Shown here piece by piece: positions 60,348-64,000 of a stretch of DNA of 64,000 nt (positions within the stretch are counted from its first letter, which is position 1; every line of letters starts with the position of its first letter). The stretch lies in assembly GCF_009914755.1 (NCBI RefSeq), contig NC_060939.1. One strand, 5' to 3'. The notes beneath the pieces were generated by a model that was given only the letters and a program-made list of their open reading frames with translations, was not told the DNA's origin and did no database searches. The DNA comes from the human T2T-CHM13v2.0 reference genome, Homo sapiens. A program made the translations under genes and the position numbers.

Positions 60348-61279
60348 TGTCCAAGATTTTTTACTCTGCTGGGTATAGGGAGGGAAGAAGAGCTGCTGCT
60401 GCTTGATGAGTACCATTGTGATATCTCCACTGGATTGGCCTGGAAGGTCTTTAGAGGTGACTCCTCCTCTCATGGGCTCTTTTGAGAGTTCTTCTGAGGC
60501 TCCTCCTGGGAACATTGAACTATATTTCCCATGACAACACATGTTGCATTTTCCTCTGGCTGTTTTTCCCAATGGCCCGCACTATATGGGCCCTCTCAGT
60601 TGGGGTCAGTCACTTTCTCATGGAATCCTCTTATGTGGGATTTCAAATCAATGCAGTCTGGCTCTCTCCCCAGTCTGCCTTCTCTTCAGCCTATGAAAAA
60701 CACTCCCACATTATTTGCTCCGATCATCTCCAAGAGAACAGTACTCAACAGGCACCTGTCCTTTGCTCATACCACTGGACACCCAATCTTTTAGATTTCC
60801 AGGTGGGAATTAGACCCAGTACCCTGTGTCCCAACAATTGTAGGGAGACCAAATCGAACCCTCTAATGGTCTCAGTGAAGCGCCCTTCTCATACTGTGAA
60901 GGAGAGGACCCTGACCCTTCTCCTTGGCAGAGGGAAATGCCAGCACAGCTCTCTCCAAAGAGCTCCTCTTTCAAGCTCCATTTTCTCAAAACATATTCCA
61001 TCTTCTGGGTGAACAAGGGATTCAAGAGTCGTTAGTGAGTTTTGGCTCATGAACTTTGAAATGTTTGTATAGCGGTCCTTCAAAATGTAGCTTCCACTAT
61101 TTTTAGAACACAGGAACAACCCATTGTGTTATAACACCCAGTTACACAAGGTTGACCTTGATGATGTCATCGCATTTGTTGAACAATTACCTCATGCTAG
61201 GCTCTCTTTTTTTTTTTTATTTAAAAAAATATTTTATTGTTAAATTACAGAGTCTAAACTGATTGCCACTATGCCATTC

Positions 61280-64000
<2,721 letters not shown>

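Noticed and set aside
60482-61012. 176-aa ORF (similarly the 170-aa ORF at 50751-51263)
   Set aside because: No recognisable homology or clear splice or Kozak context; lengths are compatible with chance in 64 kb.

Overview
Primate (human-like) genomic DNA, dense in repeats: about 20 Alus (J, S and Y types), L1 fragments including a ~2.7 kb L1PA running off the right edge, MIR and L2 relics, solo LTRs (MER21, MER39-like, THE1C, MLT1, LTR16) and hAT-Charlie MITEs (MER30, MER58A, MER3, MER5). The only recognisable cellular coding sequence is a full-length, intronless RPL17 retrocopy on the minus strand (35121-35747). It has an uninterrupted 184-codon ORF, a retained 5'TOP, a poly(A) signal and tail, and a 13-bp target-site duplication (TSD). 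Most L1s, LTRs and the retrocopy lie on the minus strand, and several well-formed + strand short-exon candidates (31, 45, 31 and 35 nt) are spaced through the window. Together these suggest long introns of a + strand transcription unit that I could not name. The 45-nt candidate at 24794-24838 carries signals typical of a regulated, frame-preserving cassette exon. A separate minus-strand exon candidate lies at 7699-7828. Repeat subfamily names come from recalled consensus sequences, and boundaries of old repeats are approximate. I found no well-supported new biological system; the best leads are the intact retrocopy and the short-exon set.
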